Of a stretch of 64,000 bases of DNA, positions 14,166 to 28,034 are shown piece after piece. The stretch spans positions 19,406,001 through 19,470,000 of the forward strand of contig OX597828.1 in assembly GCA_951406725.2 (NCBI GenBank), written 5' to 3'. Below the pieces are notes generated by a model that was not told where the DNA came from, made no database searches, and saw only the letters and a list, made by a program, of their open reading frames with translations. The stretch's first letter is position 1. Every line of letters begins with the position of its first letter. A program made the translations under genes and the position numbers. The DNA comes from Octopus vulgaris (lineage: Eukaryota).

Positions 14166-14607
14166 GTAAAAAAAAACCTGTATGGCCACTGACTACTTCA
14201 CAACTACAGTTTATTGCCAAAATTTAAAGAACTGACTTGTGGCTTATAAATGGACATCATGTGATCTTGAAGTTGAAAGTCCTACCAGAAGAATTCTATT
14301 CGGAAAAGTGTCTTCAAAATTAATGACAACAATCCTATTGCTTGAGTCAAAGTGTCCGTCTTTACTTGAGCAGTGGCTTAACCTTAGAGAAATAGAAATA
14401 CCAACCAAACAGCCCTGAAGTCACATCCTGCCATCTTAAAATAGGAAGGACACATTGGAGAATGTAGTTATTGATATACAAAAATGATGTGTTGGTCATG
14501 GTTGGAATATTTGTGATCATAGAGTTTCTCAATCAGAGCTGACTTGTTGTTAAGCAGCAACAACACCAACAGCCCTTACTACAGAAGGGGGTCGGGTCAG
14601 AGTTCCT
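14166..14607 (+). other. Probable 5' UTR portion of the PKDCC ATG-containing exon
   Basis: Strong acceptor tcttttatatttcag ends at 14165, with no other obvious acceptor before the ATG. This implies an upstream non-coding exon. Confidence 0.4.
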
Positions 14608-15213
14608 ATGGCGTCTCTGGGTCGACCCCTCAGGTTCACACGTCGCATGCGATGCTACATTTTCGGCTTTTGCATCAATGTTTTCCTTGTATGCAACATC
14701 TTGGTTCACCAGACATGGACCAAGTGGAACAGTGCTCTTGTCGAGAAGCCCGATAGTTGGTCGCGAACTGCTGGCAAGGGTTCTGCACAGAAAACACAGG
14801 GAGATAATGAATACCGTGTGTTGGTCAGCCGTTTCCGAAAGCTGATGGAGAATGCTGTAGAATCGAGCAATTTTTCATCTAGCGAGAATGATGAATCGCT
14901 TGAGTTGATCAGCAATGCTCAGAATGGAACACTTCGTTTCAAGAACCGGAGTAGTGAACAACTTTTTAACTGTCAGGATATTGAGAATATAACTGACAAA
15001 CACTACATCGGTTCGGGCTGGACAAAGGCTGTGTATAGCGGAATTATATCGTCCAAGAAAGTTGCAATGAAGACTGTTGACATTGGAGGGCAAGATGTGA
15101 CCAATTGTGTTAAATGGGGTCAGACTCTTGCAGAATGTTATTACAGAGCTGCACAGAAGATTGTCAAAGAAATTGTTCTCCTGCAGGAATTGGAACACCG
15201 GAATCTCGTTAAG
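14608..15213 (+). CDS. PKDCC: PKDCC coding exon 1 (signal/anchor, Gly-loop, VAxK)
   Basis: ATG at 14608, 202 codons to ...RNLVK, then donor GTAATC at 15214. Confidence 0.92.
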
Positions 15214-18200
15214 GTAATCGAAACTGTATTATCATTACTTGGATTATAATTTTTTCAAGGGCGGTAGATTGGTACAGTTGGTAGTGTGTTGGACAGTGTT
15301 TACTGACACTTTTTTTACATTCTGTGTTCAAATCACACCAAGGCTAACTTGGCTTTTCATCCTTCCAGGGTCAGTCAATAAGAGAAGCACCAGATAAATA
15401 CTAGAATCAATACAATTAATTGACTATTTCTTCTTTCTAATTGCATGGCTTTGTGCTTATTCTAAGTGTCAGTATGATTATAATTTCTCAACTTATTGAC
15501 TTCTGAAAGATTGGTTTCAGCATTTACATCAGAGGTTCTCAACCATTTTTTTTTTAATGCCTATGGACCCTTTTGATTACTGTTTTACTCTGGTGGACCC
15601 CCAACAGCCATTCAGTTTTTAAAAACTAGTTTCATAGACACTTCTCTCAAAATTCCCATTCGCTCATTCACTTTTGCAGGTTTGCAATAGAACTTGAGCA
15701 AACATATTTCTTTCAGTGGCTTTGAATTTCTAGAGTACATCATTTTTCTACATACATAATACTCATCATCATCATGTATCTGTTTTACATGCTGGCATGG
15801 GTTGGACGGATTGACAGAGGCTGGCTTGGCAGAAGACTGCACCAGGCTTCCCAGTTTGTTTTGACAGGGTCTTTACAGCCAGATGCCCTTCCTAACACCA
15901 TCACTTGACAACTGATGTTGGTTTGTTTATGTCCCCGTAACTTAGCGGTTCAACAAAAGAGACCGATAGGATAAGTATTAGGCTTATAAAGAATAAGCCT
16001 GGGGTCGATTTGTTTGACTAAAGGCAGTGCTCCAGCATGGCCGCAGTCAAATGACTGAAACAAATAAAAGAATAAGAATTCAGTTGTGTAGTTGACTGAA
16101 GTTATCTTCTCAAGTCATACAGACTCTATAAGGGCCAGTTTCATGGAATATATATATATATATATTCCCCACCTGAACGGGATGCTGGTCCATTGCAGGA
16201 ATGCTCATTTTTGCCAGCTGAGTGGATGGGAGCAAATGAAATGAAGTGTTCTGCTCAAGAATACAACACGTCGCCTGGTCCAGGAATCGAAACCACAATC
16301 TTACGATCATGAGTCCAACACCCCTAACCACGAACCCACATGCCTCCGCATCATTGACTGGAGGTTTATATACTAAGAGTTGCAGTGAGATGACTAGTCT
16401 CACCATGCTCGGAGTTCTCCATCCCACAGCGATGTTGCTTGACTCCTGGACTGAGCAGTATACTGTGTCCCTGTGCAAAATGCTTCGTTTCATGTTAGTC
16501 CAGACTACACTGCTGAAATAAGTTCCCACTAAGTGCTTGGGCTGTCCTTTTTCTCTTCAACTGTCAGTCCTGAATGTTCTACTGGGTTAAGAATGAAGGG
16601 GTCCAAAGTGGAGTCTGTGTTCAGAATGCGAGAATAAGGTGTAGCCTTTTGGACACTGACAACTTGGCATGGCTGACTGTATTATTGACCATGTTTTAGT
16701 GACAGTACTTTTTAGCACTGAGGGCAAACACACACACACAGCATGCATGTACAGAAATATACACATACAAATAGAGAGAGTGAGAGAAGGGGGAAAGAGA
16801 GAGTTATTACAATTTAGTTATTGAACATGACTGACATAAGCATGTTCCCTCTCCTCATATGCATAAAGAGAAATATGCTCACACGCATAAACACAGTGGT
16901 AGAGATGGAGGGAGGAGACACTATGAGAAACATTCATATGTCAAATAAGTCAGCATCGAATCAACGATGTCAAATAAGTCAGCATCGAATCAACGATGTC
17001 AAATAAGTCAGCATCGAATCAACGATGTCAAATAAGTCAGCATCGAATCAACGATGTCAAATAAGTCAGCATTGAATCAACGATGTCAAATAAGTCAGCA
17101 TCGAATCAACGATGTCAAATAAGTCAGCATCAAATCAACGATGTCAAATAAGTCAGCATCGAATCAACGATGTCAAATAGGTGGTTCCAAAAACAACTTG
17201 TATTTATTGTTATGGGAGAATCCTGAACACCCCCATGTGACTGAAGGTGGACTAAACAATTACAATAGATAAAGACTGAGTGAACTGTCAGGGTGGTAGT
17301 TGAGAGTATTAGTTCAACCATGTTGGTTTACCATGTTTGGTCTATGTGTGCTGGTTTAACAGTTGGTAGCCGAACAGTGAATACCGAGTGTCGTACTGAC
17401 GTTCGAATACTACGGAGTGCATTCTGTGTTAAGATATATTTCTGTGATGAGTTATTTTTAGATAGCCACAACCAACTAGTTATTTGTGTACTCTTTTACG
17501 TGTTTCAGTCATTTGACTGTGGCCATGCTGGAGCACAGCCATTTTAGTCGAGCAAATCGACCCCAGGACTTATTCTTTGTAAGCCTAGTACTTATTCTAT
17601 CGGCCTCTTTTGCCGAGCTGCTAAGTTATGGGGACGTAAACACACCAGCATCAGTTGTCAAGTGATGTTGGGGGGGGGGGACAAACACAAACACACACAC
17701 ACATATATACGACGGGCTTCTTTCAGTTTCCATCTACCAAATCCACTCACAAGGCTTTGGTCGGCCCGAGGCTATAGTAGAAGACGCTTGGCCAAGGTGC
17801 CATGCAGTGGGACTGAACCTGGAACCATGTGGTTTGTAACCAAGCTACTTACCACACAGCCACTCCTACGTATTTTACATCAGATATGTATACCCACGTC
17901 ATAATACCTACCTCTGCTTGCTTGTAACCACATAGACAACTAAAGCAAATAAAAATATGGTACATGCTACCAACTGTAGTCTCTTGCATGTGGGGGTTGT
18001 ATGTAGTTTAATGCTTTCTGCACATTTACTGATTTTTTTCCATATTCTTTGTTTCAATAGCAGTGTGCTGACGGTTTCCATTTTCTTTCAGGTATTGGGT
18101 TACTGCATCCCTGAAGAACAGTACAACGGCGATGATGTTACTTTGGTGTCTTTAATTACAGAGCTGGGTGACACTATAGATCTGATCAAACTGCTGCCTA

Positions 18201-19594
18201 TGAGCTGGGAAGAAAGACTACGAGTAAGTATTATCCATCTGCTGGGATCTTGCATTGTAAATGTATAAATGTTTCTAAAAGCCTCTTAAAGGATACTTGT
18301 TGCTTCACTCAAAAATTTCTATGGGGTATAATGAATGTGAAGTTAAGGTGCTAGTTAATATAATTTAACTATATGTTAATATAATTTACATGGCCAATCT
18401 GAAGGAAGCGGCCCAGGATAGAACTGACTGGAGGACACTGATCCAACAAGTGACCGAGAGTCAATTTCGACTAAGCAGATAGAGAGAGATATAGGGAGGC
18501 TAAATTTTAGGGATGTGTCTTGAACTTTGCTTGATGTGGTATCAAATGGGTTTACCCCTTTTAATACCACATGGGTTGTATGGTTTGACTGAGGACTGGC
18601 AAGCCAGGAGGCTGCAATCTGATCTGGCAAGGTTTCTACAGCTTGATGCCCTTCCTAATGCCAACCACTCCGGGAGGGGACATGCTTGTATACAATGATG
18701 ACCACAATTTTACTAAGCTTGACGTATCTTCTCAAGCACAGCAACCACCAGAAGTCTCAGTCCCTTGTCATCCCCTCTGTGAGGTCCTACATCTGAAGAT
18801 CCTTTCTCACCACTTCGTCCCTCGTCTTCTTGGGTCTAACTCTGCCACAGATTAGTAATCACAAATTTGTTTTATTATAATCTTCATTATTTCAAAATTA
18901 ATTGAAACAATGATAGTGGTATGTCAACAGAAATGCCACAACAAAAGGACTAAGACTTAGAATTTGAGGGAGATTTGGGTGCTATTTTTAGAAGACTGTG
19001 CAACTCTGTAAAGGTTCGCTTTAGACTGTTACATGCCTGATGGACATCAAACTATACGCTTAAGTCTTGAAATATGTCATTCCTGTTTTAAGCCTTTTAA
19101 CGTTCACAGATTATTATTCTGTCAAATGTAAATCATATTTACTCAATGTTTTAAATTAATCGTACATTGTTTTGCAGCTTTGAGATTTCAATGATATGAT
19201 TATTTATTTTTAGAATGACATTGTAGGGTATGTGTGAGAGCCAGATCTGGCCAGTTTGAACATAAAGCATATAGAATATTTGGGCTGGATATGGCCATGT
19301 CAAATGTCAAAGGGTTAAGCATTTTGTTTAACCTGTTAGCGTTCAGGTTGCTCTGACAAATGTAAATACAGTTTTGTTTTTGTTTTTACTTGTTTCAGTC
19401 ATTTGACTGCGGCCATGCTGGAGCACCGCCTTTAGTCGAGCAAATCGACCCCAGGACTTATTCTTTGTAAGCCCAGTACTTATTCTATCGGTCTCTTTTG
19501 CCGAACCGCTAAGTGACGGGGACGTAAACACACCAGCGTCGGTTGTCAAGCAATGCTAGGGGGACAAACACTGACACTCAAACACACACACACA

Positions 19595-19642
<48 letters not shown>

Positions 19643-22600
19643 CATACATATATACGACAGGCTTCTTTCAGTTTCCGTCTACCAAATCCACTCACAAGGT
19701 ATTGGTCGGCCCGGGGCTATAGCAGAAGACACTTGCCCAAGATACCACGCAGTGGGACTGAACCCGGAACCATGTGGTTGGTTAGCAAGCTACTTACCAC
19801 ACAGCCACTCCTGCGCCTATTTATTCATGCAGTACATATTTATTCATGCATTATTTCATAGTTTTGAGATTTCAATGATGTGATTGTTTATTTTAAGAAT
19901 GACATTGTCGGATAGGTGTGAGTGGCTGGATCTGTCCAGTTTGAACACAGAACAGGTAGAATGTTTGGGTAGGATATGGCTAATTTGTATGCTGAAGGAT
20001 TAAGAGAGGATTAAAAGAGTTTATGAGATTTGGCTATTGAGCAAGGTACACTGACCAACCAACTGGCTGACCGACTGACCAACCAACTAGGAATAAGCCT
20101 AGTCACCTGGGAGTGGTAGTCATGATGGTGATAGTAGTGGGGGTGGTCGTCATGGTGACAGGGCTGATTGTGATGGCTATGGTTCCAGTGCTTGAAGTGA
20201 ATGTGAGTAGTTGTTTCAGGTGTTATTGCTTCTCCTTGCTAATGGCAGTCATAAAACATGGCCTAGACACTACAGGTTTCCCTTCCCAGCTCGAGTCAGT
20301 GGTGGAGTTAGACCGAGGAAATGGTAGAAGGCCAGACAGTATGACAATTTTCCCCATTCCATGGTGATAGACCCCCTCATCTGAGATGCCACATGCTGTG
20401 ACACTTTCTCCAATGGAAACTTGGTGTTGTCAGCTACCAGTCCAGGCTCCACAACTTTTCAGGCTGAGGAAAAAAAAAAAAAACTGTCAAAGAATTGATC
20501 ACTCTTCGATAGGTTATATGGTTGAACATGTGGCAGTTGAGACCCCCTCCCAGTATTCTTGGCTGCTGGACCATATCCCTGCTCACTGCTATCAGGGCAG
20601 AGATTGCTATCAGGGCGGAGATTGCTGTCCGCAAATACTAGTCCCTTGCTGTTTTCCTGGGCAACAACCTTTTCCATTTTGTCTGCTGGTGCCATGAGAA
20701 ATGTTTTTATATTGTGAGAGGCAAGATTCTCCATTAATCCCAACAGATTTTTATATTAACCTCTCTCAGATAAAGAAAAACCAACAAACAGACAAACAAA
20801 CAAAAAAAAAAAACTAGTTCCAGTGGTAGGCAATTGTAGCTGTGATACCTGTTGTTAGTTAACTCCTCCCTCTGGTCAGCCTTGATCCAGCAGACCTATT
20901 TATCAAAGGCATTCCAGCCATAACCACCTCTTGTTGTATGTCTGTCTAGGATTTCATTACCCAGTTTGCATTTACTTCCTTTTTTTAAAAGTAAAGTGTG
21001 GTTTGAGAGAAATTTTGGCTACCATGTCTAGCAGGCTCGTACAACCATTAATAAGGCAGGCTCTCTCGTTGACTCCTGGTGACACTGGACCTAATTTGTT
21101 ATGGCAGGACTTGTTACTGACAAGTGAGTCAACAGTCTGCTCTGTCTGTCTGTGTGTGCGAACAGCTGTGCGTGTTTTTGGGGAAATGTGAACATCTGTG
21201 TATGTTATGAATGTAATTAAATGTGTAAAGCTAAATGCTCATGATAATGTATGGCTGTGTGGGTGTGTGTATGATTAGATATATAAAGACATATGTTTAT
21301 GAGTAGGTTGAATGTGTGTGTATACACACACACATATAAATGTGTAAAGAAATGCTCCCTTGGAAAATGGATGTTAAATAATGATGATATATATCTATGT
21401 GTGTGTGTGTGTGTGTGTATTCACTTATATATATGTGTGTGTGAGTATATATAAATTTAGATGTGTAAAGATAAATATTTGTATGCCTGTGCATATATAT
21501 ATAATTAAATGACTGAAAATAAATGTTTGTGTGCGTGTATGTGTGTAATTTGATGTGTTAAGGTTAGAATAGTTTGTGCTGGTGTGGAGTGTGTGCATAA
21601 GACATGTTTTAAGACAAGCATTTGTGTATACATGAGTGTGTGTATGTGTGTCTGTGTGTCATATTAGTGGATACATGTAGTTCATGGAAGTAATTGTGTG
21701 TGAAATCCCAGCAACACCTCATGTGGTGTGTAAATGTAATTTGAGGTGTCTGGAGAAAATTGTGTGTATGTATGTGTGTGTGTGTGTGTGTAGATGTGTG
21801 TTTGTTCATTGTATTAGGGTGTGTGTGTGTGTGTGTTTGTGTCTGACATCTTGAATTAGATGAGATAAGATCCAGCTTGCTTGTTTTCTGTGTAGTTGGA
21901 GATGGGATAATGGCATTGGTATAGTTTAGCTGTCTGGGTACTGAGGGTGGCAGTGAGAGTTAGTTCATAGTGGTGGTGGTGGTGGTACTCAGTGGATTTT
22001 GATGGTGGTGGTGGTGGTGGTGATGGTGGTTATTGTTTTTGTTCTTGGTGGCAGTGGTGGTGGTGGTTTGTGGTAGTATAAGTTGTATTATTGCCAGATA
22101 TGTGTGTGGTGGGGAGCCGGAAGAGGGGGAGATGGGGATTTGTGACATTGTTAGTTTTTGTCAGGATGATGAGTGTGAAATAATTGAAGCAAGAGAAGGT
22201 ATGAAGCATTGAGAGAGAGGATGGAGCGAGAGAGAGGATGGAGCGTAGGACTGTGTGTGTTTATACAAAGGAGAGGAAGTTACTTCTTGACAGCATGCAG
22301 AGCATTCAGCACATATATGAACGGATGGTTATGTGCTGTGTGTGCATGTTACACTTGCATATGTATGTTGTGTGTGTGTGTGTGTGTGTACATATATACA
22401 TATGAAGGTGGGGAGCTGGCAGAAATGTTAGTGCGCTTAGCGGGTATTTCGTCTGTCGTTACGTTCTGAGTTCAAATTCCGCCGAGGTCGACTTTGCTGT
22501 TCATCCTATCGTGGTCGATAAATAAAGTACCAGTTTCGCACTGGAGTCGATGTAATCGACTTAATCACTTTGTCTGTCCTTGTTTGTCCCCTCTATGTTT

Positions 22601-23020
22601 AGCCCCTTGTGGGCAGTAAAGAAATATATATATATATATATCATCATCATCATCGTTTAACGTCCGTTCTCCATGCTAGCATGGGTTGGACGGTTCGACT
22701 GGGGATCTGGGAATCCAGAAGGCTGCACCAGGCCCAGTCTTATTTGGCAATGTTTCTACAGCTGGATGCCCTTCCTAACGCCAACCACTCCGTGAGTGTA
22801 GTGGGTACTTTTTACGTGCCACCTGCACAGGTGCCAGGCGAGGCTGGCAACGGCCACGGCCGGATTGGTGTATTTTAACGTGCCACCGGCACGGAGGCCA
22901 GTCGAGGCGGTGCTGGCATCGGCCACGAGTCGGATAGTGCTTTTTACGTACCACCAGACTAGGGATCCTGGCTGGTTCAATTCGATTTCGATTTCGCTTG
23001 CCCCAACATGTCTTCGCAAG

Positions 23021-23059
<39 letters not shown>

Positions 23060-24584
23060 CATCTGATGGCCTGGTAATGGTTGGATTTCCACCTTGGCAT
23101 CCGAAACTCAGAGTTTTATCATGGCTGCCGAATAATTGTCACATATTACATTTACAGATAAATTCCTCTATTTACATAATATCGAGGTCTCTTTAATTTT
23201 TTTGTTGTCTTACCATTTTTATTAAATGTATTGGGACCACTGCTTTTTATAGTGGCCCTCTCAGATATGCCCTCAAATGCCCGGATAGCCACTCTGGCAA
23301 GCTATGCAGATGATACGAAAGTCTCACAGAAAATACAGAACCCCAGTGATGTTGCACACCTGCAGTAGGAGTTGGACTCAATTTACAGATGGGCTGAGGA
23401 TAATAATATGCAGTTTAATGCTGAAAAATTCCAGGCCCTGCACTACCAGCATCCAAAACTGAATATTAAACCTACAGGGTACACCGGTCCACTGGGAATT
23501 TCAATCCCAGAGCCTAAGTCAGTGAGGAACCTGGGTATCGACATGAGTGATGATACCTCTTTCCAAGTGCACATTACCAGGATGGCGACAAAGTGCAGAC
23601 GACTGGCTGGGTGGATCCTAAGAACATTCAGAACCAGAGATAAGGAAACCATGATTATCCTCTGGCAGACATTCGTCCTCAGCCACCTGGATTACTACTC
23701 ACAGCTATGGTCACCCACCAGTGTAAGATTAACAGCGGACCTCGAAGTAATCCAGAGAAGATTCACAAAGAAGATCGTCTCTTTGCAACAGCTCAACTCC
23801 TGGGGAAGGTTGAAACAGCTAAGACTCTACTCCCTGGAAAGAAGACGGGAGAGGTATGCAGTAATATATATCTGGAAGATCCTGGAAGGAATTGTGCCAA
23901 ATTTTGGCATTGAAAGCTATACCAATTCCAGAACGGGACGACACTGCATGGTGTCAAAGATCCCAGCAATGCCATCACGCTTCAGGACCAGTTACTGCAA
24001 CAGCCTGGGTTTCAAGGGCCCACAGCTTTTTAATATTCTCCCAAAGAGTCTGAGGAACTTGCACAAAGTAGATGTAGGGGTTTTTAAATCAAAGCTGGAC
24101 CTCTTCCTGGTGAGAGTCCCAGATGAGCCTACCTCATGGCAAGAGGTGCAAATGAGGGTAGCTATATCAAACTCCATTCTTCATCAAGTGCCACATATTA
24201 GAGGAGGCTCCTAGTAATAACAGTGTAGTGCATCAGCATTACCATACCTCTGAGCTGAAACTTTAAATATATATATATATATATATATATATAGAAAATA
24301 ACACCGTTTTTCAATTCAAAATGAACAATTAAATTACACCATCTAGAAAATTACATATAATAGAAATATTAAATATAAAATAACAATAATATACCGATGA
24401 TTAAGTAATATTTAATATTTCTATTGTAATTTTCTAGATAGTGTAATTTGATTGTTCATTTTGAATTGATAAAAGGTGTTTTTTTTTCTAATTTTTATAT
24501 ATATATATTATATTTTGTGAAATTTGATTTAGTATTTCTAAATTGAATTTTTCCCTGTAAGTTAGGAATAATATTCCCTCAAAT

Positions 24585-24626
<42 letters not shown>

Positions 24627-26830
24627 AAGGATGAAAAGGGACACACAAGTTGATATATATGAAAAAAACAAGTCAAGATAGAAAATACTAAAATAATTTT
24701 ATACAGAACATTTCAGTACCAGTTTCGGTCATTTGAGAGCTTTTCAACTGTAACAATTAAATAATTAAATTTAGAAAAATTAAAAGAAAAGCTTTTTTTT
24801 AAAGAATATTTGTATAGTGTTCAAATATAAGTGGCATTTTCCTTGTTTCTGCCTTTCTCTGTCTCTTTTGTCTACTCTTGTGGGTTCAAGGTCTTTGTGA
24901 ATTCCTGGTAGGGAAGAAGAAGGAGGGGGAGAAGGGGAGGAAGAATTTGGGATTGCCTTGATTGTTGTTGGTCAGTGGTTGCTAGCAGTTCCTGCTGTTC
25001 AATTCATGTTCTCTCCACAGTTTGAGATCAACACTCCTTTACACAGTTGTCATCTATATGCACCACATGACCATAACAGTGCAATCTTCTTTCTTGCACA
25101 TCACATATAATTCCTCTTAAGCCCAGTTTTTTTTTTCCAAAGGCTTACACTCTGTCGTACATGCACACTGACATTGCACATCCAGCAAAGCACACTTGCT
25201 TCATTTCTTATTTCTTTATTGCCCACAAGGGGCTAAACACAGGGGGGACAAACAAGGACAGACAAAGGGATTAAGTCGATTGCATCAACCCCAGTGTGTA
25301 ACCGGTACTTATTTAAGGCGGCGAGCTGGCAGAAACGTTAGCACGCCAGGCGAAATGCGTAGCCGTATTTCGTCTGCCGTTACGTTCTGAGTTCAAATTC
25401 CGCCGAGGTCGACTTTGCTTTTCATCCTTTCGGGGTCGATAAATTAAGTACCAGTTACGCACTGGGGTCCATGTAATCGACTTAATCCGTTTGTCTGTCC
25501 GTGTTTGTCCACTCTGTGTTTAGTCCCTTGTAGGTAGCAAAGAAATAGGTACTTATTTAATTGACCCCGAAAGGATGAAAGGCAAGGTCGACCTCGGCGG
25601 AATTTGAACTCAGAACATAACGGCAGACAAAATACAGCTAAGCATTTCGCCCGGCATGCTAACGTTTCTGCCAGCTCACTGCCTTGCCTCATTTCTTTCA
25701 ATCCTTCGCATCTTATCTGCAGTCACAGCCCATGTTTCACTGTCATGTAGCATGGCTGTTTACACACAAGCATCATATAATCTACCTGTCACTCTGAGGG
25801 AGGGGCCCTTTGTTACCAACAAAGGTAGAAGCCCTCTGAACTTTGCCTAGCCTATTCTTATTCTAGGAGCTACAGCTCATAAATTTTTTACATTTTGGAA
25901 TTTTCAGGCAATTTTTGCAAATTTGTGTTATACACACTAGAATTCATATGTCTATAGAAAGAAAATATTTTCAAGTTTTTAAATTTTTAATTAAAATTCT
26001 TTTTGTAAAATCTAAGTTTAAAATACAGACAGTCCAAATTTTGTGCTTAAATCCCAGGAATAGGTGATTGTGTTTATGAAGAGAAAGATATTTAACCCTT
26101 TCGTTACTGTATTTCTGTTGAGATGCTCTGTGTTTCTTTCAATTACTTTAAATATAACAAAGAATTTAGTATAATAACTTAGTTATCATTAAGCTAGTGT
26201 TGGGAACATAAATTGTGACTAAGGTTTGGTGGAAGATTTTAATTCAAAACTTATGAAAGCAAGACATTTGTACTCAGAGCCAGAGCCAGTTTCAGCCGGG
26301 TTGGTATCAAAAGAGTTAAAAGCATCAATACATCAGAGTGACAAAGAAATGAGGAGGATGTCAGGCGGTTGGGAGATGTGCTAAAAAGAGCAGCTAAATA
26401 TCCTTTAAATCACACACCAAATATTTTTCAATGGTGGTGGGTTATTGCATAATTGTATAAATTCCCTTGTGTAGAACAAAGATTTGCAAAAATTTTCTGA
26501 AAATCCCCAAAAGTTAAAAAGTTATGAGGGGATTATAATGGGGTGCTTAAAACAGAATTCTTCCCTAGGAACACCCTCTCCCATTCCTTATTATGCCAGT
26601 TAGGTAACAAAACCTATAAACTACTTTTATGGAGCGCTCTGAGCATTTGAGAAAAAAATTATTCTGTGTTTGCACTTCGTTGCTAACTGCTCTCCTCTGC
26701 ATCTAACACATGCATAGTTCTTCGTTCTCAGCTTTGTTTGTGATCCCATTTCTATTTCTTGTGCACCCATAGTGATATGTTGGTAGTGGTGGAGGCGATG
26801 GTGGTAATAGTAGCAGCAGCAGCAGTTGTG

Positions 26831-26862
<32 letters not shown>

Positions 26863-27994
26863 GTTAAGGCTGCGAGCTGGCAGAATCGTTAGTGCGTCGG
26901 GTGAAATGCTTAGCTGTATTTCACCCGTCGCTACGTTCTGAGTTCAAATTCCGCCATGGTTGACTTTGGCTTTCATCCTTTCAGGGTCGATTAAATAAGT
27001 ACCAGTTACACACTGCAGTCGATTACATTGACTTAATCCTCTCCCCAAGCTGCCCTTGTGATAAAAGTTTGAAATAATAATAATAATAATAATTATTATT
27101 ATTATTATTATTAAGGCAGTAAGCTGGCAGAATCATTAGGACACTGGACAAAATGCTTAGCAACATTTCACACTGCATCCAATGTATTTGATTTATCCCC
27201 TCCTCTGAAATTGCTGGCCTTGTGCCAAAATTTGAAACCATTATTATCATTATTATTAGTAGTAGCAGTAGTAGTGGCAGTAATAGCTTGCTTGTATTCC
27301 TTTATTTGTTTCAGTCATTTGACTGCGGCCTTGCTGGAGCACTGCCTTTAGTCAAACAAATTGACCCTAGGACATAGCCTTTGTAAGCCTAGTACTTATT
27401 TTATCGGTTTCTCTTCCCAAACCGCTAAGTTACAGGGGCCGTAAACACACCAGCATCGGTTGTCAAGCGATGGTAGTGGGGGACAAACACACATATGCAG
27501 GGGTTGGACAAAATAATGGAAACGCCTTAAAATTTCAAACAAATTTATTTTAATATGGGGTAGGACTGCCTTTGGTTGTAATTACACCTTGAATTCTATG
27601 AGGTATGAACTCTTACAAAGCTTGAATTGTTTCCAAAGGAATTTTTGTCCATTCTCCAGCTAAAACAGTCTCCAGTTCTTGTAGTGATGATGGTGGAGGA
27701 TATCAACTCCTTGCTTGTTTTTCTAAAATGTTCAATAATATTGAGATCTGGGGACTGTTGGGGTCAGATAAGATATTTGACTTCATTAGAATGTTCCTTG
27801 TGCCATTCAGTAACAACTTTAGCTGTGTGAATTGGTGCATTATCATCCTGAAAAAAAAAACAGTTCCACAACCATAGGATGAATTTGATCAGATAAAATG
27901 CTTAAATAGTCTTGACTATTAACTCTGCCATATATATATATATATATATGCCTTGTGAGTGGATTTGGTAGACAGAAACTGAAAGAAGCCCGTC

Positions 27995-28034
<40 letters not shown>

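Noticed and set aside
15214-15249. ORF-track extension VIETVLSLLGL as the PKDCC C-terminus
   Set aside because: Read-through into the intron; the donor at 15214 joins in frame to the VLGYC exon.
16938-17179. CRISPR-like 29-bp repeat with a dyad
   Set aside because: Units are contiguous with no unique spacers, there are no cas genes, and the context is a eukaryotic intron.
17208-17906. Possible solo LTR (TGTTATG...CATAATA) interrupted by a SINE
   Set aside because: The end is not CA and no target-site duplication was found.
23372-24214. 280-aa ORF as a domesticated host gene
   Set aside because: It is the tail of a LINE RT, cut off from YADD by an in-frame stop, with a TTG start and 5' truncation.
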